From an uncultured virus (IMG/VR IMGVR_UViG_3300026551_000002) (Duplodnaviria; Heunggongvirae; Uroviricota; Caudoviricetes): a stretch of DNA of 64,000 nt. Each line of letters starts with the position of its first letter. The first letter of the stretch is position 1. Both the position numbers and the translations under genes were made by a program. The notes beneath the pieces are model-generated. The model saw only the letters and a program-made list of their open reading frames with translations. It did no database searches and was not told the DNA's origin. Shown piece by piece: positions 28,451 through 39,224 of this stretch. The stretch is taken from the IMG/VR virus record IMGVR_UViG_3300026551_000002; one strand, written 5' to 3'.

Positions 28451-30030
28451 GCATAGTACAACCAGCAGATGGGCACGGCACGTATGAGGATATCAATCCC
28501 GATCAAGGTCAATCAGTTTGGGGACCTCGCATTGATCAGATGGCTGCGGGTGGATTTAAAGTCCTGATAAATTATGGCATCTGCTATGGGCATACAAGCA
28601 ATATGATTGCCTATATCAATTATGCTGCCTCAAAAGGGATGAAAGTAGCAGTAGCACTCCATACCGTCTGGACAGCTACGAATCTTGCTACGTTGTTTCC
28701 GACGATGTACGTTGAAGCAGGAAGTCCCGGCGCAACGGCTTACAATGCGTTTGCGACATACGTAGTCAATCAGGTCAAAAATTTGCCCGGTACGTGGGGC
28801 TACTACCTTGCAGACGAGCCGTACAACACGTCGCATACTGTCATTAAATCGATGCATGATGCAATTGTTGCAGCGGATAACATAAAGCCTATTTTGATTA
28901 TTTGCACGTCGGACACATCATCAGGACAAGGCACATTCTGGAATAGCAGTACTAACATGTATGACGCATGTTCTGTCGGAGGGGATGATACATACCCAAT
29001 TGGACTAGCGGCGGGAAGTGTGACCGGATTTACGATTGGCCTGATGAGTGCGGATATTCAAGCATTTACCACTTCAAAAAGCATCAAATCGGCTATTGTT
29101 CTACAAGGCTTCAATTTCTCTGGCATTGATCCAACACTTGCTGATATGCAGGCCATGTTGCATCAAGCACTTGGACACATGACGCCTCAACTTATCCTCT
29201 GGTTTAGCTACTATTATGTCTGGGGAGGTCCAGGAGGTGCTTATGCGCCACAAGCAGCAGATCCAAATGCCGCTGTACTTTGGCCGCTTGTTTGCCAGGC
29301 CATTGCTACCACGCCCTCGCGCTATATTAGAGAGGCGATGGTTGATAGCCCATCTCATCTCTACAAGTTGGATGATCCTGCGCCATTTGCTTATGGCGAT
29401 GATTTGATGAGCACGCACATAACGACAATTGGCGGTACTGTGATTCGCGGTCAATCTGATCTCTTGGTCGGTTCCTGGGGAACATCGGAGTCCTACAACG
29501 GCACCAATTCTGCCATCACGCTCAACACAACCGGACTTCCATCGGGAGGCGCATCTTTCAGTATCCTCCAGTGGGTAAAAATGCCATCGTCTTTGCCTGG
29601 GGCAGGAAGCTACCCGATGGCGCTCGGGATAGGCACCGACGCCACGCGTCAGGGTATTGGTCTTGGTCTTGATGGGGATGCGCAGCGATTGGTGTTCCTC
29701 ACTCGTGGCGTGGGCGAAATCCAAGCGTTAGCGGCACCTGTTGCAAGTACCATCTATCTGCTTGGATGCTCGTATGACGGCACAACGGCAAAGTTCTATG
29801 TCAACGGTGTCTTTCAAAATCAGGGTACGCCTGCACTAAATCTGGTGTATGGCGCGGCATATATCGGCAGAGGCGTCGAGGGAGCCAATTGGTCTGGGCT
29901 AATTGGTCCGACAGTCTTTGTGAATGCGGCACTGACATCTGCCCGATTCCTTGCACATTACAATGCAGGTAAGGCGATTGGCCCATCTGTACATCCGTTA
30001 GGTAACGGGAGATTTGCAATGATAGCATGA
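28447..30030 (+). CDS. Putative receptor-binding protein: glycoside-hydrolase-like barrel plus LamG domain
   Basis: WGYYLADEP, DDTYP; C-terminal YDGTTAKFYVNG; visibly higher GC. Confidence 0.65.
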   Translation: MSIVQPADGHGTYEDINPDQGQSVWGPRIDQMAAGGFKVLINYGICYGHTSNMIAYINYAASKGMKVAVALHTVWTATNLATLFPTMYVEAGSPGATAYNAFATYVVNQVKNLPGTWGYYLADEPYNTSHTVIKSMHDAIVAADNIKPILIICTSDTSSGQGTFWNSSTNMYDACSVGGDDTYPIGLAAGSVTGFTIGLMSADIQAFTTSKSIKSAIVLQGFNFSGIDPTLADMQAMLHQALGHMTPQLILWFSYYYVWGGPGGAYAPQAADPNAAVLWPLVCQAIATTPSRYIREAMVDSPSHLYKLDDPAPFAYGDDLMSTHITTIGGTVIRGQSDLLVGSWGTSESYNGTNSAITLNTTGLPSGGASFSILQWVKMPSSLPGAGSYPMALGIGTDATRQGIGLGLDGDAQRLVFLTRGVGEIQALAAPVASTIYLLGCSYDGTTAKFYVNGVFQNQGTPALNLVYGAAYIGRGVEGANWSGLIGPTVFVNAALTSARFLAHYNAGKAIGPSVHPLGNGRFAMIA

Positions 30031-30037
30031 TGTACTG

Positions 30038-30196
30038 GGAAAAGCATCATATACTTACCAAACTGCTGATGTGGCTACTCCTGATAGTTAGAACATGTGG
30101 ATTAAAATTGTGTTAAATGGCAAGCCGGTACATGTGGATGATGGGACTGGAAATCCCAAAGTGCTCGTGATAAATACTTTGCCTGCTGGAGTGTGA
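30038..30196 (+). pseudogene. Degenerate copy of the 3' half of 27510..27866
   Basis: GKASYTYQTADVATPDS*NMWIKIVLNGKPVHVDDGTGNPKVLVINTLPAGV*; no start, internal TAG at 30089. Confidence 0.88.
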
Positions 30197-30494
30197 ATTA
30201 TGTATATACATGGTTGTACAGATGACTAGATTAAAGATGTATGTATCACTAGTCTCAAATCAGACAGAAAAGGAAGAAGTACCCTTATCATGTTGTCCTT
30301 ATCAATTTAAAAAGAGGTAAAAGGTTCATTTATTGGCATGGGAAGTATTCTAATTGCAACTAATATTAATTTATAGAAGTTAGTACCTTGTGGAGCTAGG
30401 AGAGAAGCAGTTTCAAAATTTGTAGGTGGATAGTACAAGGCAATATCCAAATTGTTGCCAATTAGGGTATACTGATGACAAAAGAGAGAGAACT

Positions 30495-30887
30495 TTGGAT
30501 ATTTTTGAAAAGGCATTTGTTTGGCATTTATTTGCAGATTGGATTTTTCAATCCGATTGGATGGCACGAAACAAGGCAAATTATGTGCCCTATCCACCTA
30601 AGCAAAAGAAAGAGGGAGATGGGCCTTTATTTCTCATCCCTCATCCAGCAGCATGGGTACACTCTGGTATCCATCTGCTAGGGCTATTTTTTATTTTTCC
30701 CTGGTGGATGGCAATTCCTATTGCTATCACCCATCTGCTAATTGATTTAAGATTTCCTCTTGTCTGGTGGAGAGGATTTTTCAAACAGACAACCAGTGGA
30801 GATGTAGCGTTACATGTAGCAATCTGGGGTGATCAAGTGTGTCACATAACAATACTGGCAATTGCTACTTTAATAGTTGCGAGGTAA
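30495..30887 (+). CDS. DUF3307-family membrane protein
   Basis: HLFADWIFQSDWMA, HSGIH, HLLID, DQVCH. Confidence 0.8.
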   Translation: MDIFEKAFVWHLFADWIFQSDWMARNKANYVPYPPKQKKEGDGPLFLIPHPAAWVHSGIHLLGLFFIFPWWMAIPIAITHLLIDLRFPLVWWRGFFKQTTSGDVALHVAIWGDQVCHITILAIATLIVAR

Positions 30888-31103
30888 ATGTATGACTACT
30901 GACAATAGAGAGTTAGTTATTGAAATTTATAATTGCATTCAAGGAGGCTATATAGATGCTTTAATAGAGGCACTTGATAAATATGTAGATAATCGTGTAG
31001 AACAAAAATTAAATAAAATAGCAACGGAAGTGTCTAGCGCATATGGATCAAAGAAAAATCCATATGTGACACCTGATCTTGAAGGAAGTGAGGATGCTGT
31101 TTA

Positions 31104-32306
31104 ATGTCATGTCAAGACGTTGCCAAGGTCACAGGAGAGCACCTTTTGTTCCTCGGTACAAGCACAGCAGGATGGTCAATCCAACAATTCCAACAGGCTG
31201 CCCAATTCGCAAAAGCTCATGGAGTGGATTCACTCTTAGTCAAAGTGGCGGACGGGACAAACTTATGGTATGGAGGTATGATTGGCTACCGACCAGTGAG
31301 GGACATCATCAAGTCAGTGGGTGTTGGTTGCATCCCCTACACATATTCCTACGGGAACACCTACAATAGCTTGGATGCTGAGATTGGTATTCTCCAAAGC
31401 TTCATGGCAGAAGACGGTATTGTGTGTGCTGATATGGAAACAGAGTGGAATGGGCAAGTTTCATGGGCAAGCTATCTCGCAAGCAAAATCCATCCTACAC
31501 CAGGAGTGTTCCTAGTGAGTACTTGGGCTGATCCAAATCTTCAGAACTGGCAATCGGTTCTAGGCGCTCTCAGTCCCTGTGTTGATGCCTACATGCCTCA
31601 ACAATATGACGACTTTCTAGTTAGTTGTTGGGGACAATTCAATGGAGCATGCCTCCAGCCAACGCTAGAAATGACGCAAGATGTAGGACCAAACAACGTT
31701 GTTGTCAATGCCAAAGTTGCTCATGATAGAGGAAGCAGTGCAATCTCAATTTGGCACTATGGAACTGCTATTCAAAATCCAGGACTACTTGATCAAATAC
31801 TTGCCCAATTTCCAAAGTCTATTCAACCACCGGAGGAACAACCCGTGACTATTGACCTTACTAATGGAGCCGTTGCAAACTTCTTCAAAGGAGACACGAA
31901 AACTTGGACGTGCATCCAAACAGGCTTCACCTTACATGGTGAGATCCTTGCTTTCTACCAGGGATTTGGAGGAAACGATTTGTGTGGACTGACTCATTTG
32001 GGGCTTCCGCTCTCTAACGAGATACCCGTAAATGGCCATCCTGGAGTTGTCACTCAACGATTTGAACGCGGGGTACTTATCTTTGATCCTGATCATGTGA
32101 TCAGCTATCCACCAGGTGCAGATCGTGTGTATACGCTTCAAATCAGTAGTGGGCTAGGACAAGATCCCCAGATAGCCACCTTGCAAGGGGAGATAGCCAA
32201 ACTTCAATCGTTACCCATTGTTGCCAATATGCAGCAAATTCAAACGGTTGGACAAAGCATTAAGAATGATGTTGATACCATCATGAAGCTTGCCCAAGTT
32301 CAGTAG
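31104..32306 (+). CDS. Endolysin (glycoside-hydrolase barrel plus cell-wall-binding domain)
   Basis: KVADGT, ADMETEW, MPQQY; GLPLSNE..QRFERGVL module; adjacent to holins. Confidence 0.75.
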   Translation: MSCQDVAKVTGEHLLFLGTSTAGWSIQQFQQAAQFAKAHGVDSLLVKVADGTNLWYGGMIGYRPVRDIIKSVGVGCIPYTYSYGNTYNSLDAEIGILQSFMAEDGIVCADMETEWNGQVSWASYLASKIHPTPGVFLVSTWADPNLQNWQSVLGALSPCVDAYMPQQYDDFLVSCWGQFNGACLQPTLEMTQDVGPNNVVVNAKVAHDRGSSAISIWHYGTAIQNPGLLDQILAQFPKSIQPPEEQPVTIDLTNGAVANFFKGDTKTWTCIQTGFTLHGEILAFYQGFGGNDLCGLTHLGLPLSNEIPVNGHPGVVTQRFERGVLIFDPDHVISYPPGADRVYTLQISSGLGQDPQIATLQGEIAKLQSLPIVANMQQIQTVGQSIKNDVDTIMKLAQVQ

Positions 32307-32492
32307 GAGAGATTATGATGCATTTTCTCGTGAATTGCTTACAGCCTGATGCTGCTACAAACAACATTAAAACAGCATCAGGCTTATTCGGGTATGCACT
32401 ACCAAGAAGTCAGGAAAGTTGGTTATGGATATTGTGGGTTTTTGTTGCAATATTAGCAATTGTGGCATGGGTCATTTTGGTAGGAGGTTGAT

Positions 32493-32813
32493 ATGAGTTG
32501 GGCACAAACAATTAATACGCTTATCTTTGTATTTGGTACAACATTTGGTGTTTTTGAAGCTATTCATTTAGCCAATATTCAAAAGCAAAAAATGCCTGAA
32601 CATATTGCTGTGCGATTAGAGCAATTTGCCCATATGGCAGTATGGCAAGTAGAACAGCAAAACAAGGAACTTGGAGGAGAAGCAAAAAAACAACTTGCAA
32701 GAGTAAATACATTAGATTTGTTTGAAATGTATAAATTGCCTGCTCCACCTCCTAAAGCAATAAGTATAGCAATAGAGGCTGCTGTCTTCTTGCTTCCGAA
32801 GACAAATGCATGA
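32493..32813 (+). CDS. Holin, LL-H-like (copy 1)
   Basis: TM helix plus AVWQVEQ...EAKKQLA...IEAAV. Confidence 0.7.
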   Translation: MSWAQTINTLIFVFGTTFGVFEAIHLANIQKQKMPEHIAVRLEQFAHMAVWQVEQQNKELGGEAKKQLARVNTLDLFEMYKLPAPPPKAISIAIEAAVFLLPKTNA

Positions 32814-33154
32814 ATGTTATTATTTCTGGTCTGAATGCTTATGTAGGCTTAGTAAGTATGATTGTTGCACTTGGGGTTGCCTATGCTGCCTCTCGCTCAC
32901 TGGTGAGAAGCAAAGTGGGGGACGCAACCAACCAATCACAAAATGATGCAATTGCAGCAATGCAGCAAGAAATAGAGTCAATCCGTCGCAAGCTGATCGA
33001 TATTGGAAATGATAATAGTCGGTTAAAACAAACAATACAAACAATAAAAGTTGCATTAAAAAATAGAGGCCTGGTTATCACCATATCGGATGATATTATA
33101 GATATCACAGATAATGGGAAAAGTACAATTATACGCATGGAGGATAAAGAATGA
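32810..33154 (+). CDS. Membrane-anchored coiled-coil lysis-region protein
   Basis: N-terminal TM plus coiled coil. Confidence 0.55.
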   Translation: MNVIISGLNAYVGLVSMIVALGVAYAASRSLVRSKVGDATNQSQNDAIAAMQQEIESIRRKLIDIGNDNSRLKQTIQTIKVALKNRGLVITISDDIIDITDNGKSTIIRMEDKE

Positions 33155-33603
33155 AATTATTCGAGCATAAACCCCATATATATAAAATTAAAAACATCAA
33201 TAAAGTTCATGACGATCAGTTAAGTGTTGGGGCAAAAGTATCAGATAAAGTTGCATCAATCATGGGAAGTTGGAGATTTATTATCACTCAAAGCATCATT
33301 TTAATCATTTGGATAATTATAAATACTATTGCGTTAATTGTGCATTTTGATGGATATCCTTATATACTATTAAATCTCGCTTTATCATTTCAAGCTGCAT
33401 TTGCTACTCCTGTTATTTTGATGAGTCAGAACAGGCAAGCGTCAAAGGATCGCTTGGCATCCGAACACGACTACCAAATAAATCTGAAAGGAGAGGAGGA
33501 AACGCGACAACTTATTCAGCATCTCTATGAGCAAGATGCTGAATTACTCAAGCAAACAAACATGTTACTTCATCTTGTTCAACAGAAAGGATTAAATTCA
33601 TGA
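33151..33603 (+). CDS. DUF1003-family membrane protein
   Basis: GSWRFI, FDGYPYILLNLALSFQAAFATPVILMSQNRQ. Confidence 0.88.
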   Translation: MKLFEHKPHIYKIKNINKVHDDQLSVGAKVSDKVASIMGSWRFIITQSIILIIWIIINTIALIVHFDGYPYILLNLALSFQAAFATPVILMSQNRQASKDRLASEHDYQINLKGEEETRQLIQHLYEQDAELLKQTNMLLHLVQQKGLNS

Positions 33604-33935
33604 ATGTACTTATTGCATCTTTAGCGCAGTACGCCGTACCGTTAGTTGTTCTTATCATTGGTTACATTTGCCATATTGTTGTTGTTCATATTCCTGCGCA
33701 ACAACGAGCGTATATTACGCAATGGGCAGATGTTGCAGTTTTGAAAGCTGAGCAATTTGGAGCAGGTAAAACAAGTGCTGAGAAAAAACAGCTTGCTATG
33801 GATACGCTTTCAGGCTTTTTCAAGGCTTTCAACTTGCCTTTGCCCTCAAGCGATATTCTCAGCTCGTTTATAGAAGCTGCTGTAAACCAATTGCCGACTA
33901 CAAGTACACCTGTAGTCGGAACAACGGGATCATAA
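33600..33935 (+). CDS. Holin, LL-H-like (copy 2)
   Basis: TM helix plus AVLKAEQ...AEKKQLA...IEAAV. Confidence 0.72.
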   Translation: MNVLIASLAQYAVPLVVLIIGYICHIVVVHIPAQQRAYITQWADVAVLKAEQFGAGKTSAEKKQLAMDTLSGFFKAFNLPLPSSDILSSFIEAAVNQLPTTSTPVVGTTGS

Positions 33936-34328
33936 TGGAGCTTATTCTTCTTGTCATTCTTCTCTTTATTGTCTTTGGACATTAAAAATCCCTACCAGCA
34001 ACTCATGCAGATGATCAGGATGGAATCCTTCATCCTGATCCGGTATGCAATCACCCATAGGAGGAGGTACAGCTTGGAAGACAAAACCAATCCCATCGAC
34101 AAGATAACTACCATACCCAATATGCCTGTGATGAGAAGGATCAGACTACCAGAGGAAAAACCACCTCCACTAGTGTACGCGCCGATCAACATAAACATTA
34201 GCAAGCCTGCTGGCATATGGCTTGGTATTGGAGTATTTCTTTTGTTGTCAGTATGCACAATCACCAATTTTTGCATACTGCTGTTCAAACAGATAATTAC
34301 CGTTATTGTACGGTAGAAAGGTTAGACA

Positions 34329-34538
34329 ATGAAAAATACAAGCAATGAAGGATTAGTAAGAGATAATGAAGCATTGATACAGCAGATCAATGTAGCCATT
34401 GAAGCATCTAGAAAGCTCTCTAACGATCTGAACAGAGGACCCGGAGGGCGTGAGAATAGTTTGGTGACGACTCAGCTTCAGCAGGCGTTTCATTGGGCAC
34501 TAGAAACCCGGTGGCAACTCACTGGAATGGAGAAGTAA
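34329..34538 (+). CDS. Small conserved-looking phage protein
   Basis: GRENSLVTTQLQQAFHWA. Confidence 0.5.
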   Translation: MKNTSNEGLVRDNEALIQQINVAIEASRKLSNDLNRGPGGRENSLVTTQLQQAFHWALETRWQLTGMEK

Positions 34539-34539
34539 T

Positions 34540-35292
34540 ATGACACATCATTATGGTTACATTCCTGATTTGCCAGACCATAGAGATAAGAAATTTGCCA
34601 TCGCCGAAAGACTTACACTGCCAACATCTGTTGACTTACGAGATTTGTGTCCTCCGGTAGAGGACCAAGGACAACTTGGAAGCTGTACATCCTTTGCAGG
34701 TGGAGCAGCTATTCGTGTAGCTAGAAAAATCCAAGGGCTAGCTGACTTCACAACCTCTCATCTTTTCCTCTACTACAACAGCAGATCGAAGAACACAAAG
34801 TCGGTGGATGCAGGTGCAACAATTCGAGATACCATCAAATCGGCTGCCAAGATTGGGGATTGTCCTGAGCTAGAATGGCCCTACGATCTCAACCAATTCA
34901 CCACAAAACCACCCCAATCCTGCTACAATGACGCACTAAAGGATAGGGCGATTGTCTACCAGCGCGTTATGCAGAACATTATGCAGATGAAAACAGTATT
35001 AGCCCTTGGCTATCCATTCGTGATTGGATTCAGTGTTTACACCAGCTTTGAATCTGCTCAGGTAGCACAAGATGGTATAGTCCCGATGCCAGGACCAGAT
35101 GAAGCAGTGCTCGGCGGCCATGCGGTTTTGTGTGTAGGATATGACGATAGTCAGCAAAGGTTTCTATTCAGAAATAGTTGGGGAACTGGATGGGGTATTG
35201 ATGGCACGGGATACTTTAGTATGTCTTATGCCTATCTACAAGACAGTAACTTGGCTAGTGATTTCTGGATGGTTAAGACTGTAAGTGTGTAG
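34540..35292 (+). CDS. Papain-like cysteine peptidase (C1A)
   Basis: DQGQLGSCTSF, GGHAV, RNSWG catalytic motifs. Confidence 0.92.
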   Translation: MTHHYGYIPDLPDHRDKKFAIAERLTLPTSVDLRDLCPPVEDQGQLGSCTSFAGGAAIRVARKIQGLADFTTSHLFLYYNSRSKNTKSVDAGATIRDTIKSAAKIGDCPELEWPYDLNQFTTKPPQSCYNDALKDRAIVYQRVMQNIMQMKTVLALGYPFVIGFSVYTSFESAQVAQDGIVPMPGPDEAVLGGHAVLCVGYDDSQQRFLFRNSWGTGWGIDGTGYFSMSYAYLQDSNLASDFWMVKTVSV

Positions 35293-35390
35293 ATTGCAAA
35301 CTGCCCTATACTTTCCGCCTATCCCTGTCTTCACCAGATGGCAGAGAAACCACCTTGCAAGGGGAGAGTGGTATTCTGCAATCTCTCCAT

Positions 35391-35416
35391 AAAAAAGAGC
35401 CCTATTTGGGCTCTTT
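35391..35416. terminator. Bidirectional terminator between convergent operons
   Basis: AAAGAGCCC/GGGCTCTTT stem with A/T flanks. Confidence 0.7.
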
Positions 35417-35495
35417 GGCTCTGAGAAGACCGTAGAAGAGAGTGAGCTTGGGGCAAAAAAAGAAAGGGCAGTATCAAAACTGCCCTAGATGCCTA

Positions 35496-35834
35496 TTATC
35501 TCTTTTGTTTTCTCCTTTCTTCAATAAATTTCTTCCACTCTTCTGTAAGAGAGGCATAATACCTCTCACCTTCCTCTGTTAAACCATATCTATCATCATG
35601 CGGTTTGATATTAAATCCATGCTCGTAAGCGATCTCGCACAATTCTCTTTCATCTTGAGCTAGAAGGAAAAGTCTCTTAAGTGTTATCCAGTAGTCTTGG
35701 ACATCTTCACTCCAGCCAAGAATGCAACACGATCCGCTTTTCATATTGAGTAATCCAAGTTTCTGTCTTGACTCCCACTCCGGTATTTTTTCATCCAGGA
35801 GTGCAGCGCCTTTTTCAATCTGTTGTCTGAACAT
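35496..35834 (-). CDS. Hypothetical phage protein
   Basis: IEKGAALLDEKIPEW...CCILG. Confidence 0.6.
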   Translation of the reverse strand: MFRQQIEKGAALLDEKIPEWESRQKLGLLNMKSGSCCILGWSEDVQDYWITLKRLFLLAQDERELCEIAYEHGFNIKPHDDRYGLTEEGERYYASLTEEWKKFIEERRKQKR

Positions 35835-35994
35835 TTGAAACCTCCTCTTTTACTAATTCTTCACGAATTATAGCAACATCATTAGGAGCATCAATACCAA
35901 TTTTTACTTTTGCTCCTTCAATACCAAGAACAACTATCCTAATATCTTCTCCAATGAAAATAACCTCTCCTACTCTTCTTTTAAGTACTAGCAT
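35815..35994 (-). CDS. csrA: Carbon storage regulator CsrA/RsmA (59 aa, not in ORF track)
   Basis: MLVLKRRVGEVIFIGEDIRIVVLGIEGAKVKIGIDAPNDVAIIREEL. Confidence 0.93.
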   Translation of the reverse strand: MLVLKRRVGEVIFIGEDIRIVVLGIEGAKVKIGIDAPNDVAIIREELVKEEVSNVQTTD

Positions 35995-35996
35995 CC

Positions 35997-36911
35997 TTAC
36001 CTCCTAAGCAAAACATCATAATCTATCGGAAATACAAAAGACTTAGAAAATGGGATTAACGTCCATTCGTTAGGGCTGTACTGGATATGCGGATTCAATA
36101 TAGCTCTACTTGGACACAAAATAATTTCGTGGGGGTAGTCCCCAAGCGCTTGATAGAAACGGTCTACAGTTTCCTCTACCAATTGATTAGCAGAGGACAC
36201 AAGATCAGTAACTTTAAAGCATCGTCTGCCATCCTCATCGATATAGAATCGCTTAGGGATTGCTGGTAGTGACCTTGAGGTTGTAGCCATTGAAACTGTT
36301 GGAGTATCAGCAATAGCTGGCAGTTTGCCAGTATTGCGCTCGTGCAAGTCTAGCAGGAAAGTGGTGATGTCTCCTCCTGCTTGCACAAATCTAAATAGGT
36401 CATGTGGGCTCATGGTGTCTCCTCTCCTAAAAGCTTGGATGTTTTTTCTTGAAGATCTTCCAATGTAGAATTCGAAACAACTTCAAAAAGACTACTCCAA
36501 TCTTTTATCAATTCTTCAAGATTTGCAATGTGATCAATATATTGATCACATTGACGCCTGTAGTAGTCTGCTTCCTTTTTTACTTTATCAAACAAGCTAT
36601 TAATAGCTTCAATGCGTTTGACAGGATCTTTAGTTACAGCAGCCATAGCAATTTGCTCACTCTCCCCCTTGCAAGGGGGAGAGTGGCTCTAGTAGTCCCG
36701 TCTCGGTAAAGCTTTGGAGATAGGGCAGTAGAGCTTTGATATCCTTCTGTGTGAACTTGAAATAGTCATTATCAGTATCAAAGAACAGAAGTTTTGTACT
36801 TTTTCCTTGCTTTGAACGCTCTTCTACCCACATGCTTAAATCACTTGCTGATTGATCAACAAATTCAATCATTTGATTGCCTGAAGTTGTTTTACTCTGT
36901 TCAATCTCCAT
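35997..36911 (-). other. Three hypothetical ORFs: 35997-36413, 36410-36646, 36657-36911
   Basis: Coupled leftward ORFs. Confidence 0.55.
36658..36685. repeat. Perfect 28-bp palindrome; longest member of the CCCCTTGCAAGGGG family
   Basis: CACTCTCCCCCTTGCAAGGGGGAGAGTG. Confidence 0.95.
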
Positions 36912-36915
36912 TTGT

Positions 36916-37674
36916 TTATCCTTTCATCTTAAAACACACTTGACAACACAAGCACTTTTCTGCATTTCTATCTCTGGAAGAACTGCATATTCGCTTAGGC
37001 AGTCCTCTATCATTCTCAGCTCTAAGCAAAGCGCCTTTAAACTGATAGATCCTATCCAAGTATGGTTGTACAAGCTCTTTATCATACTCAACACACCAGA
37101 CTTTCGGCTCCTGGGTATTCTTGTTCTCAACCAAGATCAGGCCATGTTTCAATTCCAATAAATGGAGGTAAAGATTTACTTGTTTGTGAGCATCAATTGG
37201 AGGATCACCAGACTCATCCATCTTATCAAACGTCTCGGCTTTATACCCTTTGATTTCAATGACCATGCGTTCTCCTTCAACCTCTAGAATGGCATCTGGA
37301 GAGAACCATAGCAACCGCGTATCATCAAAATGAGAATAGTCCAGCTCAGGAGTCGTCAAATTATCATTGAAATACACGACTTTCCCATATTTCAGAAACA
37401 ACTCCTGATACTTCTCGTGCAGTTTCCATCCACTTTTGAAACGAGCATTTGTAAGTGTGTCCCACGGCTTTGTGGGAGGTCTTTCACACTCATTTGGATA
37501 GTGAGCTGCTAGAACAAGTTGACGCATACAGAAGGAGTGATCAGGAGCAAGAATGTTGCTAGCGTGAGGAAAACCTGTTCTAAGTGGTTTGTCTTCATTC
37601 CACCTGTTGAACATTTCAAGTACATCTTGCTTCCATAAAGCAGCTACAGTTCTGAGGTTCATGATTTTCTCCAT
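36916..37674 (-). CDS. Cas4-like PD-(D/E)XK exonuclease
   Basis: HAS..CMRQ, PDAI..IEIK, QVNLY, C-terminal Cys cluster. Confidence 0.82.
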   Translation of the reverse strand: MEKIMNLRTVAALWKQDVLEMFNRWNEDKPLRTGFPHASNILAPDHSFCMRQLVLAAHYPNECERPPTKPWDTLTNARFKSGWKLHEKYQELFLKYGKVVYFNDNLTTPELDYSHFDDTRLLWFSPDAILEVEGERMVIEIKGYKAETFDKMDESGDPPIDAHKQVNLYLHLLELKHGLILVENKNTQEPKVWCVEYDKELVQPYLDRIYQFKGALLRAENDRGLPKRICSSSRDRNAEKCLCCQVCFKMKG

Positions 37675-38206
37675 TCCTCAAGAAATCTATATCCATAATC
37701 AATATAAGCAAGTTGACCATTCTCAAATCGAACATACCATCCGGCTCCTCCTGTTCTTCCACTTCCAGGTTTTTCACAGACTCCAATCCATTTATAGAAA
37801 TGAGAATGTTCATTGATGACTTCTACCTTTTTGCCCTTCTGAAGATTTGTTTCTTCTATCCACTTTTGTGTTTTCTTGCTCATTATTTGCTCTCTCTTTC
37901 CTTTTTCAAGGCTTGAAGAAGTGTCTCTTCATGTTCTTTTATAATTTTCTCCTGTTCTTCTTGCGAGACAATTTGATCAAGTATTTCCTTTGCAATTTCC
38001 CTGATTATCATATATTTAAGTAAGCTTTCCATAGATGATTGTTCTAGCAGTTTATCTAAACTGGCATTAACAATTTCCAGTAAAACAGTAGCGCTTATAA
38101 AATTAAGTTCTAGCTTGATTTTTGCATCTTTATTCAGTTCCATCTTGTTTTGTCTCCTTGCAAAAGGAAAGGGCATAAGTGTGTACTTATGCCCGAATTA
38201 TCTAAA

Positions 38207-39124
38207 TTACCAATCAGTGATGGTGTCGTCAAGAGGCTCTTCTGCTACAGGAGCAGATTTAAGATGCTTTCCAAAGTCTACTCCTTTGCCATTATTCTTA
38301 GTCAACTCAAAATCACTATCTGACATGTTCTCCTCAAAAGGATTATCATCTGAAGCTTTCCCCTTGCGGGGGGCATCCTCAAAAGGATTGCTATTATCCT
38401 CTGAAACCTTGGGCGGACAAAATGCGATGATCCGCTCATACATTGACTGTTCCGTCACCTGGGCTGATATAGCCTTGATCCTGTCATGCATAGGCTTTGC
38501 GTTCTTGTGAATAGGCTGGAAGTTCTTTTCACTTCCTTCACCAATCTGCTCAATCGTAAAATCGCACTCATTAAGCAAACAATTATCAGGATCATTTGGA
38601 AACTTCCTGAAGTAATGGAAGAGAGGTCCAACTCTACCAAACGGAGTCAATTCTAGAAGTCGGACAACTCCTTTTACTTCTTTCTCTACCTTAGAACCAT
38701 CTTCTTGCTTCTCTTCATACGTGACAATATTATTTTTCGAATCTGTCACCTGATATACATAGACAGGCAAAAAGAACCACTCACCAGCAGTCAACTTCTT
38801 GTTCTCCTTTGCCATCTCGCAATAGAGACAAGGCTTTGCTGGCTCTAATTCACAGGCACAAATTGATGAGATGTTCAAATCTCTGTCCTTATTCCACTGA
38901 TTGTGCTTCATCAACTTGACGCCGCCTGACAATCGAGGGCATAGAGGACGGATTAAAGCTTTATGCCCTGGTTTCAACCATAAGAATAAAGGCTTTTTTC
39001 CACCAGCCTTAGCTGCTTTCGCTGCTTCAGCAGCCTTTTCTGCTCTTTCGGTTGCTCTGTCAAAAGCCTCTTCTGCTGGCATGTGTCGTAAACTTTGCAT
39101 TTTCTTTCTTTCTTGCCTAGACAT
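38207..39124 (-). CDS. Putative ssDNA-binding protein (gp32-like)
   Basis: LKPGHKALIRPL, CxC...CLYC, acidic tail; adjacent to the exonuclease. Confidence 0.6.
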   Translation of the reverse strand: MSRQERKKMQSLRHMPAEEAFDRATERAEKAAEAAKAAKAGGKKPLFLWLKPGHKALIRPLCPRLSGGVKLMKHNQWNKDRDLNISSICACELEPAKPCLYCEMAKENKKLTAGEWFFLPVYVYQVTDSKNNIVTYEEKQEDGSKVEKEVKGVVRLLELTPFGRVGPLFHYFRKFPNDPDNCLLNECDFTIEQIGEGSEKNFQPIHKNAKPMHDRIKAISAQVTEQSMYERIIAFCPPKVSEDNSNPFEDAPRKGKASDDNPFEENMSDSDFELTKNNGKGVDFGKHLKSAPVAEEPLDDTITDW

Positions 39125-39224
39125 GGCTAGGACTTCTAATTTAATCGTTGGTTACATGGCACGATTAGGCTCAAAACAAGACTCGGTCTACAACTTTTTG
39201 TGCCATGTAACCTTAACTACCATC

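Noticed and set aside
27708..30196. Diversity-generating retroelement (TR/VR pair)
   Set aside because: Differences are largely synonymous third-position changes, not adenine-specific, and no reverse transcriptase is in the window
36916..37674. CRISPR-Cas locus
   Set aside because: Stand-alone Cas4-like nuclease next to an SSB-like gene; no cas1/cas2 and no repeat-spacer array seen
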